Shown here in pieces: positions 27,030 through 39,264 of a stretch of DNA of 64,000 bases (the first letter of the stretch is position 1; each line of letters begins with the position of its first letter). Location: contig OZ024740.1 of NCBI GenBank assembly GCA_964016885.1, positions 91,388,001 to 91,452,000 on the forward strand, read 5' to 3'. The notes beneath the pieces are model-generated. The model saw only the letters and a list, made by a program, of their open reading frames with translations, was not told the DNA's origin and made no database searches. The stretch is from Eledone cirrhosa. Lineage: Eukaryota. Made by a program: the position numbers and the translations under genes.

Positions 27030-29690
27030 ATGCTCAACGAGTATAAATTATATTCCGGAGAAAATGTAGATAAGATGAATATAAAATGGAAGTGCTTTTA
27101 TAAAGGAAGTTATTAGGTATTGACATATGTTTCTGTAAAAGACGGAATACCTATGTATCGCTGCTTGCGTAATCATATAACGTTAGCAAGTATTCGATAG
27201 AAAATGTATAATCAGTTGTCACTTCTTCAGAGATATTGGATAAATTGGAAAACATCAGAAAAATTGAAGTATTTATATTAGTCGTAAGAAAGGAAGAAGA
27301 GAGGGGATAGTATATGACAGATGGCAATTCAATTTACTGGTAAACAAATATCTAGAAGGTTTCTAATCAGAATACAATGAGTATATGCCTTATTTTATCT
27401 AAATAAGAATTTTTGGGTGTGCCTATTTTAATCTATACTTGACCAATTGAACAATGGACAGGGCTGGTCGTTTGGTGTAGTAGAATTAATAGATATAAAG
27501 TGTCAATTGAGGAAGAGGGAGATTTTCACTGCTACTGTATAACAACAATGCTGGTGGCCTGCTGGTATATGCATTAGGGAATTGCATTAAGAAATCTCAT
27601 TTTATATATTGCAGTTGATATTAAATGGTAAATAATAGAAGAGTTGATAGAATTAAGACTAACAGAGAATATTAATATGTATTTTTACAATGAAACGGAG
27701 ATGGAGACAGGCGTTCAATCCTGGTAGCGTTTGTAATATGAAAATGTAGATTTCAAGCGATGGTTACAGTATAACGATCGCTCTATTCTGTTATTTAATA
27801 ACATATTTTTGGATTTCATAATACAAAATAATTCCATATTACATAATTTACATAATTCCTATCCTTGGAAAATGCAAGGGCAGTCACTAATATATCCCAT
27901 TTTAGGTTAAATCGTTGGTTATTTACGCGCTGCTGCCAAGCCTTTTCTGCGAGTGTTGTTACATAACGATGATTTTCATGGTTTATCGAGTAACGATGTC
28001 TATAAAGGCGAGATTTGAAGGAGGTAGCTGTAGACCCCACATAGTACCACTTCTGGCTACCCGATTCGATAGTACATTTGTATATGATGTTGCGTTCAAG
28101 ACTCTGTTTTTTCAACGGACATATTCCTGGTTGGACACAGTACAGTTATAATTTTGCGTTGTTGTATTTGCATGGATGTGTTGATGAGGTTGCTTAGGCA
28201 GGACGGGATTTTGTTTGTTGTTTTGTAATGTTATAGCCGATGTTGTACGTGTAGTGTTATATGTTGGAAGGCGTTTATACAACCGTTTTGCGTTAAGTTT
28301 ATTTATATGTTGTTCAATATTAGGGGCGGTTGAATATGAAAGTCGAATAGTGTTAGGGTTTAAGATTTTATTATATTTATGTGAAGTTGGAAAGTGTTTT
28401 TTAACTAATCGATATATTTGTGAGGGTAGATTGGTTTTAATAGAGTCGTTATAGACCGGGTTGTACCATATATACTCTTTACATCGCCTTCTGTTTGGTG
28501 GTGTGTGACTATTAGTGTGTCTATTGCGGTAGTGTATGCATGGTGGTGATTGTATGCTATTTCTATCTCTATGACATTTATTTTGGGTGTTTTGGTGATC
28601 ATCGCCTATATACTCTATATTATCTAGGTGGGCAGCCTTCCTAAGTGCATCATCATAATATTCTGCATATTCTTTGAAGGTTTGCTGGTTGGACAACAGG
28701 CGGGAGATTCTAAGGGAAATATTTCTAGGGATGGATTTAATTATAGAGGGTGGATGGTTAGAACCCGTATTTACATATTTAAGGTTCTCATTTAGTTTAT
28801 GGAACGGTTTAATCGTTTCTGTATTGAGATTCAAAGTAACATCAAGGAAATTAACCTCTTTGAGGTTATATTCAAACGTAATATTTAATCCTAGTTCCTT
28901 AAAAATGTTCTTATAGTTTTACGCATCCTTTCTAAATTCGGGTTATTCATATGCTTAACTAATAGGAGCGCCTCGTCACGGTAGATTCCACCGTGGAGAT
29001 CCTTGAATGTTCCTTGTAGTCTGTGGGTGATATAAATTCCCACAGTTACTTCCGCCGAAACATTGGAACCCATGGTTATATCAAAATTAGAAGGTCTATC
29101 TTTGTGAACCCAGTAGCTATCATCAAATTTAACAATAGTTTTCCTCGCTTCCATAATAATACTAATTTCATAATCCGTAAGGTAGGAATTAGCCTTAGCG
29201 AACGAAAGAGCTTCATGCAGAGTATGAGGTGAAATTGAGGAATAATACTCATCAATATCGAACTGAATAAATTTTGATTTCTTCTTATCAGTAATGCTAT
29301 TAAACCATCTTATTGCATCATGGGTGTTTCCCATAGTTTAATATCTACTTTAGCCTTAACTTGGGGGATAATTCTGTCTAGTATATATTTGCTAATTTTA
29401 CCTGTATCAGATTTAGAGGGGCATATAAGTCTAATTTTAGGGTCAGTATCGAAGTTTACCTTGTAGTCCTTCAGGTTGAAGGATGGTGTAGCTGTTGTTA
29501 AGGGTTGCGATCTCTCGTCAATAAAAAGTTTTTTAACAATTTCACATGCCGAGTTGTTGATGTTTTTACGTGTAGCTTCATTAGTTTTCTTGTATTTTTA
29601 TGCAATTCCTTACGGATGAAGTTATTGTAAGTGTCCACATCCATGGTATATACGTTTGATGTTTTGTCTGCTCTAACAGCATATGAATAA
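27030..29690 (-). mobile_element. Naiad-like PLE family D (frameshifted RT + GIY-YIG)
   Basis: RADKTSNVY, FIQFDIDEYYSSI, DITMGS, GIYRDE, NFLDV, SNHPPSI, WYNP, CNC..CP, YYVGST; ORFs 28891..29334, 28112..28834, 27816..28115. Confidence 0.92.
27115..27237 (-). ncRNA. Hammerhead with ~90-nt stem II region (family D)
   Basis: CTGAAGA-A-GTGACA ... TTTTAC-A-GAAAC-ATAT-GTC; palindromic ACATATGT stem III. Confidence 0.6.
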
Positions 29691-29691
29691 A

Positions 29692-31598
29692 AGAATTTAG
29701 AAAGGATGCGTAAAAATATTAGAAAACGTTTTAAGGAACTAGGATTAAATATTACGTTTGAATATAACCTCAAAGATGTGAATTTCCTTGATGTTACTGT
29801 GAATCTCAATACAGAAATGATTAAACCGTTCCATAAACTAAATGAGAACCTTACATATGTAAATACGGGTTCTAACCATCCACCGTCTATAATTAAATCC
29901 ATCCCTAGAAACATTTCCCTTAGAATCTCCCGCCTGTCGTCCAACCAGCAAACCTTCAAAGAACATGCCGAATATTATGATGATGCACTTAGGATGGCTG
30001 GCCACCTAGATAATATAGTGTATATAGTCGACGATCGCCAAAACACCCAAAATAAATCTCATCGAGGTGAAAATAGCATAGAATCACCACCATAAATACA
30101 ATACCGCAATAGACACACTAATAGTCGCACACCACCAAACAGAAGGCGATGTAAAGAGTATATATGGTACAACCCGCTCTATAACACATTTATTAAAACC
30201 AATCTACCCTCACAATTCTTTCGATTAGTTAAAAAACACTTTCCAACATCACATAAATATAATAAAATTTTAAACCCTAACACTATTCGACTTTCATATT
30301 CAAGCTCCCCTAATATTGAACAACATATAAATAAGCTTAACGCAAAACGGTTGTATAAACGCCTTCCAACACATAACAATACACGTAAAACATCGCTTAT
30401 AACATCACAAAACAACAAACAACATCCCCTCCTGCATAGGCAACCTCATCAACCCATCCATGCCAATACAACAGCGCAAAATTATAACTGTAACTGTGTC
30501 CAACCAGGAATATGTCCGTTGAACAATCAGTGTCTTGAACGCAACATCATATACAGATGTACTATGGAATCGGGTAGCCAGAAGTGGTACTATGTGGGGT
30601 CTACAGCTACCTCTTCAAATCTCGCCATTATAGACATCGTTACTTGATAAAACATGAAAACCAGCGTTATGCAACAACATTCTCAGACAGGCTTGGTAGC
30701 TGCGCGAAAATAACCAACGATTTAACCTAAAATGGGATATAATAGCTATGCCCGTGCATAAACCAAGGACAGGAATTTTGTAAATTGTGTAATATGGAAG
30801 TATTTTGTATTATGAAATCCAAAAATATGTTATTAAATAACAGAATAGAGCGATCGTTATACTGTAACCATCGCTTGAAATCTACATTTTCATATTACAA
30901 ACGCTACCAGGATTGAACGCCTGTCTCCATTTCCGTTTGATTGTCAAAATACATATTAACATTCTCTATTAGTCTTAATTCTATCAACTCTTCTATTCTT
31001 TACCATTTAATATAAACTGCTATAGATGAAATGAGATTTCTTAATTCAATTCCCTAATGCATATACCAGCAGGCTACGAGCATTGTTGTTATACAGTAGC
31101 AGTGAAAATCCCTCTTCCTTAATTGACACTTTATATCTATTAATTCTACTACACCAAACGACCAGCCCTGTCCATTGTTCAATTGGTCAAGTATAGATTA
31201 AAATAGGCACACACAACAATTCTTATTTAGATAAAATAAGCCATATACTCATTGTATTCTCATTAGAAACCTTCTATATACTTGTTTAACAGTAAATTGA
31301 ATTGCCATCTGTCATATACTATCCCCTCTCTTCTTCCTTTCTTACGACTAATATAAATACTTCAATTTTTCTGATGTTTTCCAATTTATCCAATATCTCT
31401 GAAGAAGTGACAACTGATTATACATTTTCTAACGAATACTTGCTAACGTTATATGATTACGCAAGCAGCGATACATAGGTATTCCGTCTGTTACAGAAAC
31501 ATATGTGAATACCTAATAACTTCCTTTATAAAAGCACTTCCATTTTATATTCATCTTTTCTACATTTTCTCCGGATTATAATTTATACTCGTTGAGCA
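29692..31598 (+). mobile_element. Inverted ~1.9-kb copy of the 3' half of family D
   Basis: Reverse complement of ~27030-28939; ORFs 29706..30095 and 30351..30647. Confidence 0.92.
31392..31513 (+). ncRNA. Second copy of the family D long-stem-II hammerhead
   Basis: CTGAAGA-A-GTGACA ... TGTTAC-A-GAAAC-ATAT-GTG (triplet mutated). Confidence 0.55.
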
Positions 31599-31749
31599 AA
31601 CTTACACGTACGCTGTTCATCTCTAACGTGACGATATATTATCACTACATTATTGATAACTTGTAAATTTATATATATATATATATATAAAATATTAAAA
31701 GAATAATGAATAAAACAATGAAACAGTTCCTTATATTAAACGAAAAAAG

Positions 31750-31902
31750 TTCATTATTTAACCATCGTTTCTAGGACATATATGTATTAGAATTGGTATG
31801 CATATTCAACAGATCTATGTACAAAATTATACAAAATTATACAAATTATCAAATATAATATACATACCAACACATACATATGCCGTCTTCAGAAATAATG
31901 AA
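31750..31902 (-). ncRNA. Hammerhead with 10-bp stem I and ~110-nt stem II (family E)
   Basis: TTCATTATTT-CTGAAGA-C-GGCATATGTATGTGTTGG ... CTAATACATATATGTCC-TA-GAAAC-GATG-GTT-AAATAATGAA. Confidence 0.75.
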
Positions 31903-32556
31903 ATATATTTATTGATAACAACAACAATTCAAAATTACAGGTCTGTTTGGGAACAGAGTTCAAATTGACCAATGAAATACACAAAAATATATCAAGAAAA
32001 TACAGTTAGGTGTGTGTATATATGTAAGTAACTTCGTTCACAGATATGCATAAAAATATATGTTCACATGCATACGCATGTCGAAAAAATGTATGTAAAT
32101 ACAAAAATTCAGGGCTAATGTCTCTGTATGTTTATAATCTACAGATAAAATACACATACGCATATAAACATATATAGATTCATATATACACACATATATA
32201 CACACACATTCACACACACGCGCGCATATACACATAAACATACACATACCCACGAACATACACACACACACTCACACACACACACACACACACATATGTA
32301 TATATTAATATTCTAACTATATGGATATTTAGGCACACACATAAACACTGCCACATATATTCTAACATCCAAATGCAGAAGTGGGTAAGGGGTTCAGTAA
32401 TTACTAAGGGTGTCAGGGAAACTGCCTATTTATAAAATGTATCTATAAATTTAGAAATAAAAAAGAAATATATTAAAAAAATATATATAAACAAGTAAAT
32501 TATACTCATACATAAAATACATACCGATATACATATACATATATATACACACACAC

Positions 32557-32599
<43 letters not shown>

Positions 32600-32902
32600 T
32601 ACATACATACACATATACATACACACATACATACATAGATACACATACACATACATATATAAATACATAGACACTCAAACAAACACACACATATATATAT
32701 ATACATATATTCACAACTCACATACATATATACACATATATGTACACACACATACACACACATATATATATACACATATATACATACAGACACATATATA
32801 TACACATATATACACACACATATACATATATATATACATACACACACATATATACATATAAATATATACGCTCACACAACTCAGACATACATACATATAC
32901 AC

Positions 32903-32975
<73 letters not shown>

Positions 32976-33048
32976 CACATAGATATATATACACAACCAC
33001 ACACACACACATATATATACATACACTCATATATACATATGTATATAT

Positions 33049-33109
<61 letters not shown>

Positions 33110-33353
33110 CATACACACATACACATAAATATATATAAAAAAGAAATAAAAATAAATAAATAAATAATTACACACAGTCAGACAATTATGCACATATATA
33201 TATATATACACACATACACATACACACATCTCTACAAATATATATACACACATATACACACGCACGCATACATATATACATACACACATACTTATATATA
33301 GAGACATACATATACATACATATATATACATATATATACATATATATACACAC

Positions 33354-33387
<34 letters not shown>

Positions 33388-33679
33388 ACAATCATAGACA
33401 CTTATTTACATGCGCACATATGTATTTTTATACTCACATATAAACACCCAAACATACATACCTACTTACATACACATACATTCATCCACGCTTACAAATA
33501 TAAATAATTATAGGGGGGGGAAGGGGATTAAAATTATTAGTGGGAAAAAGTAAATATAGGTTTCATGGAACATAGAATATTAATCTGCATTTAGATCATA
33601 ATATATGTTTACATAATAGTTTCAGTATTAGGAAATGTAAGAAAGAAGGCAACATTATGCATTTTAATATAAGTAGACT

Positions 33680-34035
33680 ATTAATTAAAGGTTAACTAAA
33701 ATAAAATTAGTTAATATATTGATTTCTAAGGTGTATACTACTTAGGTTTATAATATTTGAAGCGGAATGTTGAAGTTAAACAGTCGTAGAATATTAATTA
33801 TATCATAACTAAATTAAAATATTAACATTATGGTATCAATATTAGGAAATAAATTTAGTAATAGGGAAAACCAAATGAAGTATTTCATCGGTAGTAGAAT
33901 ATAAATTATAGGTTAACTAAATTAAAGAATTGTATATTCATTTCTATAGTATATGTTAATTAGGTTTATAATAATTAAAGCAGATTTTGTATTTTATCTA
34001 TAGTAGAATATAATTATAGGTTAACAAAAATTAAA

Positions 34036-34101
<66 letters not shown>

Positions 34102-34640
34102 TTGTAAAAAATATATTAATTAGGTATATATTTAAACATTTATCTCAGTTTATGATTACATGATATTCTGCAATCCATCTGTATTGGAATTTTAATTTTA
34201 AGCTAATTAAATTAAAATTATAGGTTAACTAAATTAAAATTAATTTATAAATAAGTTTCTAAATTGTACACTAATTAGGTTTATAATATTAAAAAATATT
34301 TCTCTGTTATTGATTACACGATATTTTGTTATATTTCATATATAGAGGAATTTTAATAAAAGGTTAAATAAACTAAAATTAATCTATAAATTAATTTACA
34401 AAGTATATATTAATTATGTTAATAATATTTAAAAGTTTTTCACTATTTATGATTACACAATATTTTTTATCTCATCTGTATTAGAAATTTTATTAAATTA
34501 AATTTATAGGTTATCGACATTTAAATTAAATTATATATTAATTTCTAAATTTCTAAAATATATATTATTATTTAGGTTTATAATATTTAAATGTTTTTCT
34601 CAGTTTATGATTACACGATATAATTAATTCCTGTCGCTTA
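33680..34640 (-). repeat. Degenerate ~150-bp tandem repeats derived from the ORF 3' end
   Basis: TCTCAGTTTATGATTACACGATAT-like and TAGGTTTATAATATT-like blocks recur near 34600, 34445, 34305, 34145 and more weakly near 33960, 33745. Confidence 0.75.
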
Positions 34641-36900
34641 TTTAATAGGATATCCTTAGATTTCATTATTTCAATAGTTCTTGGGAACATAATCTACATT
34701 CATTTCTATTATTTTGATAAGGGGTGGCTCTTTGGAGCACACTCCAGGTCATATCATATTCTATATTCTTATTTCTATAACTATTAATTTTTTCTGCTAG
34801 AGATGTTGTATTAGCCAGTGCGGCATTTTTAAATCTATGTTTGTGGGTATTAAACCTTACCTTAAAATTGTTAGAAGTAGCTCCTATATATGAGCAAATA
34901 GAATCTTTAGTTTTAACTTTACATTTATAAACTATGTTGTTAACAAGACAATTTTCTTTTAATGGGCAGTTTGCTTTGTTTCTACAGTTACAACCTTTCG
35001 TTAATTCTGTATTTGAGGAGATATTATGGTTAGTTTGATGTATTGGTGCTATACTTATGTTTTTTTTACATTTATATGCATTATAGGCACTTATATTTTG
35101 TTTTATGTTTTTGGTTGTTGAGTATGAGAATTTAACTGTTGACCTATTTAAGATTTGATGGTATTTGTGGTTTGGCGGGAAGTTTTTCTCTAGGATATAA
35201 AAAAATTTTTTACCAATATTATCATTAATTTGTAAATTAAATGGAGCATTATACCAAGTAACTCGTCTATTACGGTTTCTATGTTGTTTATTATTTTTAT
35301 AGGTTGTATCGTGATGTTTACTAGGAGGATTAATGTTAATGACATCACCACGCACATTTTTAGTTAGATTTATTGAATTAGGTGTTTTATCATGTTTATT
35401 AGGAGTTTTATTGTTAACATTTATTAGAGTTGTATGATGAGTAGTTTTTTGAGAGTTACTATACTTTATAATAGAGGAGTTGTTGGTATTTTGGGGTATA
35501 GTGTGGGTGGCATTTAGGTGTGTACTTTTCATTTGGTGTTTGTTGGTAATATTAGGTTGTATGTTTATAGTATTTTTAGTAGAAGGTATATACTATAATC
35601 TATTTTTGTGGCCACTTCTATCTAGAGCTTCGTTATAGAAGGTCGCATTTTTATCAAATACTTCTTGGTTAGATGAAAGGTTAGAAATTCTAAGTGATAT
35701 ATTATATGCAAGGTTTTTAAGGATAGATTTAGGGTGATTAGATTGTGAGTGTATGTAGTGTAAGTTTTGGTTGGGTTTATGGTAAGGTTGGTAGATACCC
35801 GTAGCTAAGTCTAAAGTTATATCTAGGAAATTAACTACTTTACTTGTGTTTTCAAAAGTAATATGAAGACTATAATAGTCTTTAAGGAAAGTTCTAATAA
35901 GCTTTTTGTTTTTTTCTATTTCTGAGAGGCTAAGGTTGTTGGAAAGAAGAAGACAGTCATCACGATATAAACCACCTTTAAGGTGGGGAAAGGAAGCATT
36001 TATGTTGAAAAGAAGAAAGATGCCCACAAGATCAGTAATTTGGGCAGAATCGCTTGAACCCATAGTAATATCAAATAGATTACTATATGTGTTTCTGGTC
36101 CAATATTCATTCTGAAATTCAATAAGTGTTAGTCTAGCATGTGTAATAATATCAATGTCATCCAAAGTTAAGTTAGATCTATTTTCAGCAAATATCAAAG
36201 CTTTGTTCAGGAGTATAGGTGATATAGAAGAATAGTAATTATCTATATCAAATTGTAGAAATGAAGCAGAAGATTTACATCTAATATTTTTAAACCAGTT
36301 AATTACCTGGGAAGTGTTTTCCCAGAGTGGTAAATTAACATGTTTTCTTATTTGTGGGATGACTCTATCCAACATTTTTTTGCTAATTATTCCAATATCA
36401 GATTTGGAGGGACATATAAGTCTTATAGAAGGATTTGAGTTAAAGTTTGATTTATGATCCTTCAGGTTAAAGTGTGGTCTTTTCAATGCCAAAGGTTCAG
36501 TTCTATCTTCAATGTTTAGTTTGTTTACTATGTTGTGTGTTTTGTTGTTGATATTGGTGAGTGGCGCATTATTAGATTTTTTATAGTTTTTCCTGAGTTC
36601 TTTATATATGAACACATTATAATCTTCAATATCCATGTGATACAAGTTTCCTGTTTTATCCGAGTGGACATGGATTTTTTTAGACTTTTTTAGGTCCAAA
36701 AGGGTAGAATCAAGGTCCTTTTGAAAGACAGATTTATACTTTTTAAATTTGAGGTGTTTAATTAAATTAAAAAGGTCTTTCTCAAAGTCTTCAAGTAGAG
36801 AGTTGTGTGGTGGATTCTTGTAAGTATTGAAATCATAAATATATTTCCTAACTGCATATTTAGATTTTTTATCGAAGTGGTAGGCCCTCCATCTAACTCT
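34570..36900 (-). pseudogene. Naiad RT + GIY-YIG polyprotein with few frameshifts
   Basis: ORF 35593..36699 (HSDKTG, LKDHK, IRLICP, FDIDNYYSSI, DITMGSSDSA, GLYRDD, NFLD, SNHP) and 34666..35532 (WYNAP, GCNCRNKANCPL, IVYKC, SYIGAT, CRLC). Confidence 0.92.
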
Positions 36901-36915
36901 TCTGATAAATTGGTT

Positions 36916-37334
36916 ATATATATATGTATATGTGTATATGTATGTATGTATATCTCTTTATTTATGTATGTCTGAGTTGTGTGAGCGTGTGGTTGTATGT
37001 ATATATACATACATGGATATGTGTATGTGTGTGAATATATACGTATATGTATGTGTGTGTGTGTGTTATGTGTGTGTATATATATGTATATATGTGTGTG
37101 TATGTATATATATATATGTATATATGTGTGTATATATGTGTATATATATGTGTCTGTATGTATATATGTGTATATATATATGTGTGTGTACATATATGTG
37201 TATATATGTATGTGAGTTGTGAATATATGTATATATATATATATATATATGTGTTTGTTTGTGTGTCTATGTATTTATATATGTATGTGTATGTGTATCT
37301 ATGTATGTATGTGTGTATGTATATGTGTATGTAT

Positions 37335-37390
<56 letters not shown>

Positions 37391-38264
37391 ATATGTGTGT
37401 GTGTATATATATGTATATGTATATCGGTATGTATGTTATGTATGAGTATATTTTACTTGTTTATATATATTTTTTTTATATATTTCTTTTTTATTTCTAA
37501 ATTTATAGATACATTTTATAAATAGGCAGTTTCCCTGACACCCTTAGTAATTACTGAACCCCTTACCCACTTCTGCATTTGGATGTAAAAATATATGTGG
37601 CAGTGTTTATGTGTGTGCCTAAATATCCATATAGTTATAATATTAATATATACATATGTGTGTGTGTGTGTGTGTGTGAGTGTGTGTGTGTATGTTCGTG
37701 GGTATGTGTATGTTTATGTGTATATGCGCGTGTGTGTGTGAATGTGTGTGTATATATGGTTGTATATATGAATCTATATATGTTTATATGCGTATGTGTA
37801 TTTTATCTGTAGATTATAAACATACAGAGACATTAGACCTGAATTTTTGTATTTACATACATTTTTTCGACATGCGTATGCATGTGAACATATATTTTTA
37901 TGCATATCTGTGAACGAAGTTACTTACATATATACACACACCTAACTGTATTTTCTTGATATATTTTTGTGTATTTCATTGGTCAATTTGAACTCTGTTC
38001 CCAAACAGACCTGTAATTTTGAATTGTTGTTATTATCAATAAATATATTTCATTATTTCTGAAGACGGCATATGTATGTGTTGGTATGTATATTATATTT
38101 GATAATTTGTATAATTTTGTATAATTTTGTACATAGATCTGTTGAATATGCATACGAATTCTAACACATATATGTCCTAGAAATGATCGTTAAACAATGA
38201 ACTTTTTTTGTTTAATATAAGGAACTGTTTCATTGTTTTATTCATTATTTTTTTAATATTTTAT
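36916..38264 (+). repeat. Inverted copy of the family E 3' terminal region (inverted pLTR)
   Basis: Reverse complement of ~31688-32900 including compound microsatellites. Confidence 0.92.
38049..38201 (+). ncRNA. Second copy of the family E hammerhead
   Basis: TTCATTATTT-CTGAAGA ... GAAAT-GATC-GTT-AAACAATGAA. Confidence 0.7.
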
Positions 38265-38416
38265 CTTGACTCTGTATACCGTTTATCTTTCAGCGAAAGT
38301 GATTTTTGAATGCATCTCTTCTTTCCATGATATCCGGATTATATTGAGTTCTTCATACGGATTGGACACTACCGTAAACTCTTGGTAGATTTATATACAT
38401 ATATATATATATATAT

Positions 38417-38651
38417 ATATTAATAAGAGGAATTCCAACTTTGTCTGATTTACTCGTTTTATTTACAATCCTTTAAAATCTATATTGGTATTATAATGAA
38501 ATAGTATGATATAATATTAAATTTAAATTGTTAATTAACACTTAGAATTTAATATTCTATCATACTAGTTCATTATAATACAATTCTAAATTGTTAAGGG
38601 TTGTAAATAAAACGAGTAAATCAGACAAAGTTGGAATTCCTCTTATTAATA
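38417..38651. repeat. ~235-bp foldback hairpin between (TA)n tracts
   Basis: ATATTAATAAGAGGAATTCCAACTTTGTCTGATTTACTCGTTTTATTTACAA is mirrored perfectly at the far end; inner arms imperfect. Confidence 0.92.
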
Positions 38652-38693
38652 TAATCTTCTATACATAATCATACACACCCGTGTATATTTTTA

Positions 38694-38784
<91 letters not shown>

Positions 38785-38811
38785 ATAGAGGTGTAACACA
38801 CAAGTTATTAT

Positions 38812-39264
38812 ATATTGGTAAACGGAATAGAAAATGCTGACAAATTGTTTACAGTTGAAAAATGGTTTAATTAGGAATAAAAGAGTATTAGTGATTGTAT
38901 GGGTTAGTATTCAGTTGTGGTTTTAAGTTTTTAAGTTTTTACCGGTTGCGCATTTCTAAATGCTTTTCAAAAATAATTTTGAGATAGAGTGTCCGTGCTG
39001 TTGCTCTGATCTGATTAGTTTTGGGAATTCTACCTGTTTTTACGTTAAAAAAGTGGCTCCACCGTTATTTTTGTGTTGAAAAAATGCTTGTGGTCAAAAC
39101 AATTTTGATTGGTCGGTAGAGGTCATGTGAATGTAAAAAGTTGATTTTGCGCCAAGACTGTTTTTATGTTGAAAAAGAGGCTCCAGCAAAAATTCTTGGT
39201 CAAAACAATTTTGATTGGTCGGTAGAGGTCATGTGGATAAAAAATTGGTTTTGCGCCAAGATTG
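38812..39264 (-). repeat. Left arm of ~450-bp inverted repeat around PLE family F; contains two ~96-bp tandem units
   Basis: Reverse complement of 42818-43268; GGTCAAAACAATTTTGATTGGTCGGTAGAGGTCATGTG occurs twice. Confidence 0.92.

Larger units (their letters stand above)
31688..36915 (-). mobile_element. Naiad-like PLE family E with ~2.9-kb 3' UTR
   Basis: Long RT and GIY-YIG ORFs, repeat-rich UTR, terminal HHR. Confidence 0.9.

Noticed and set aside
39054-39264. Repeat-spacer-like pattern resembling CRISPR
   Set aside because: Two ~96-bp tandem units with similar intervening sequence, eukaryotic context, no cas genes
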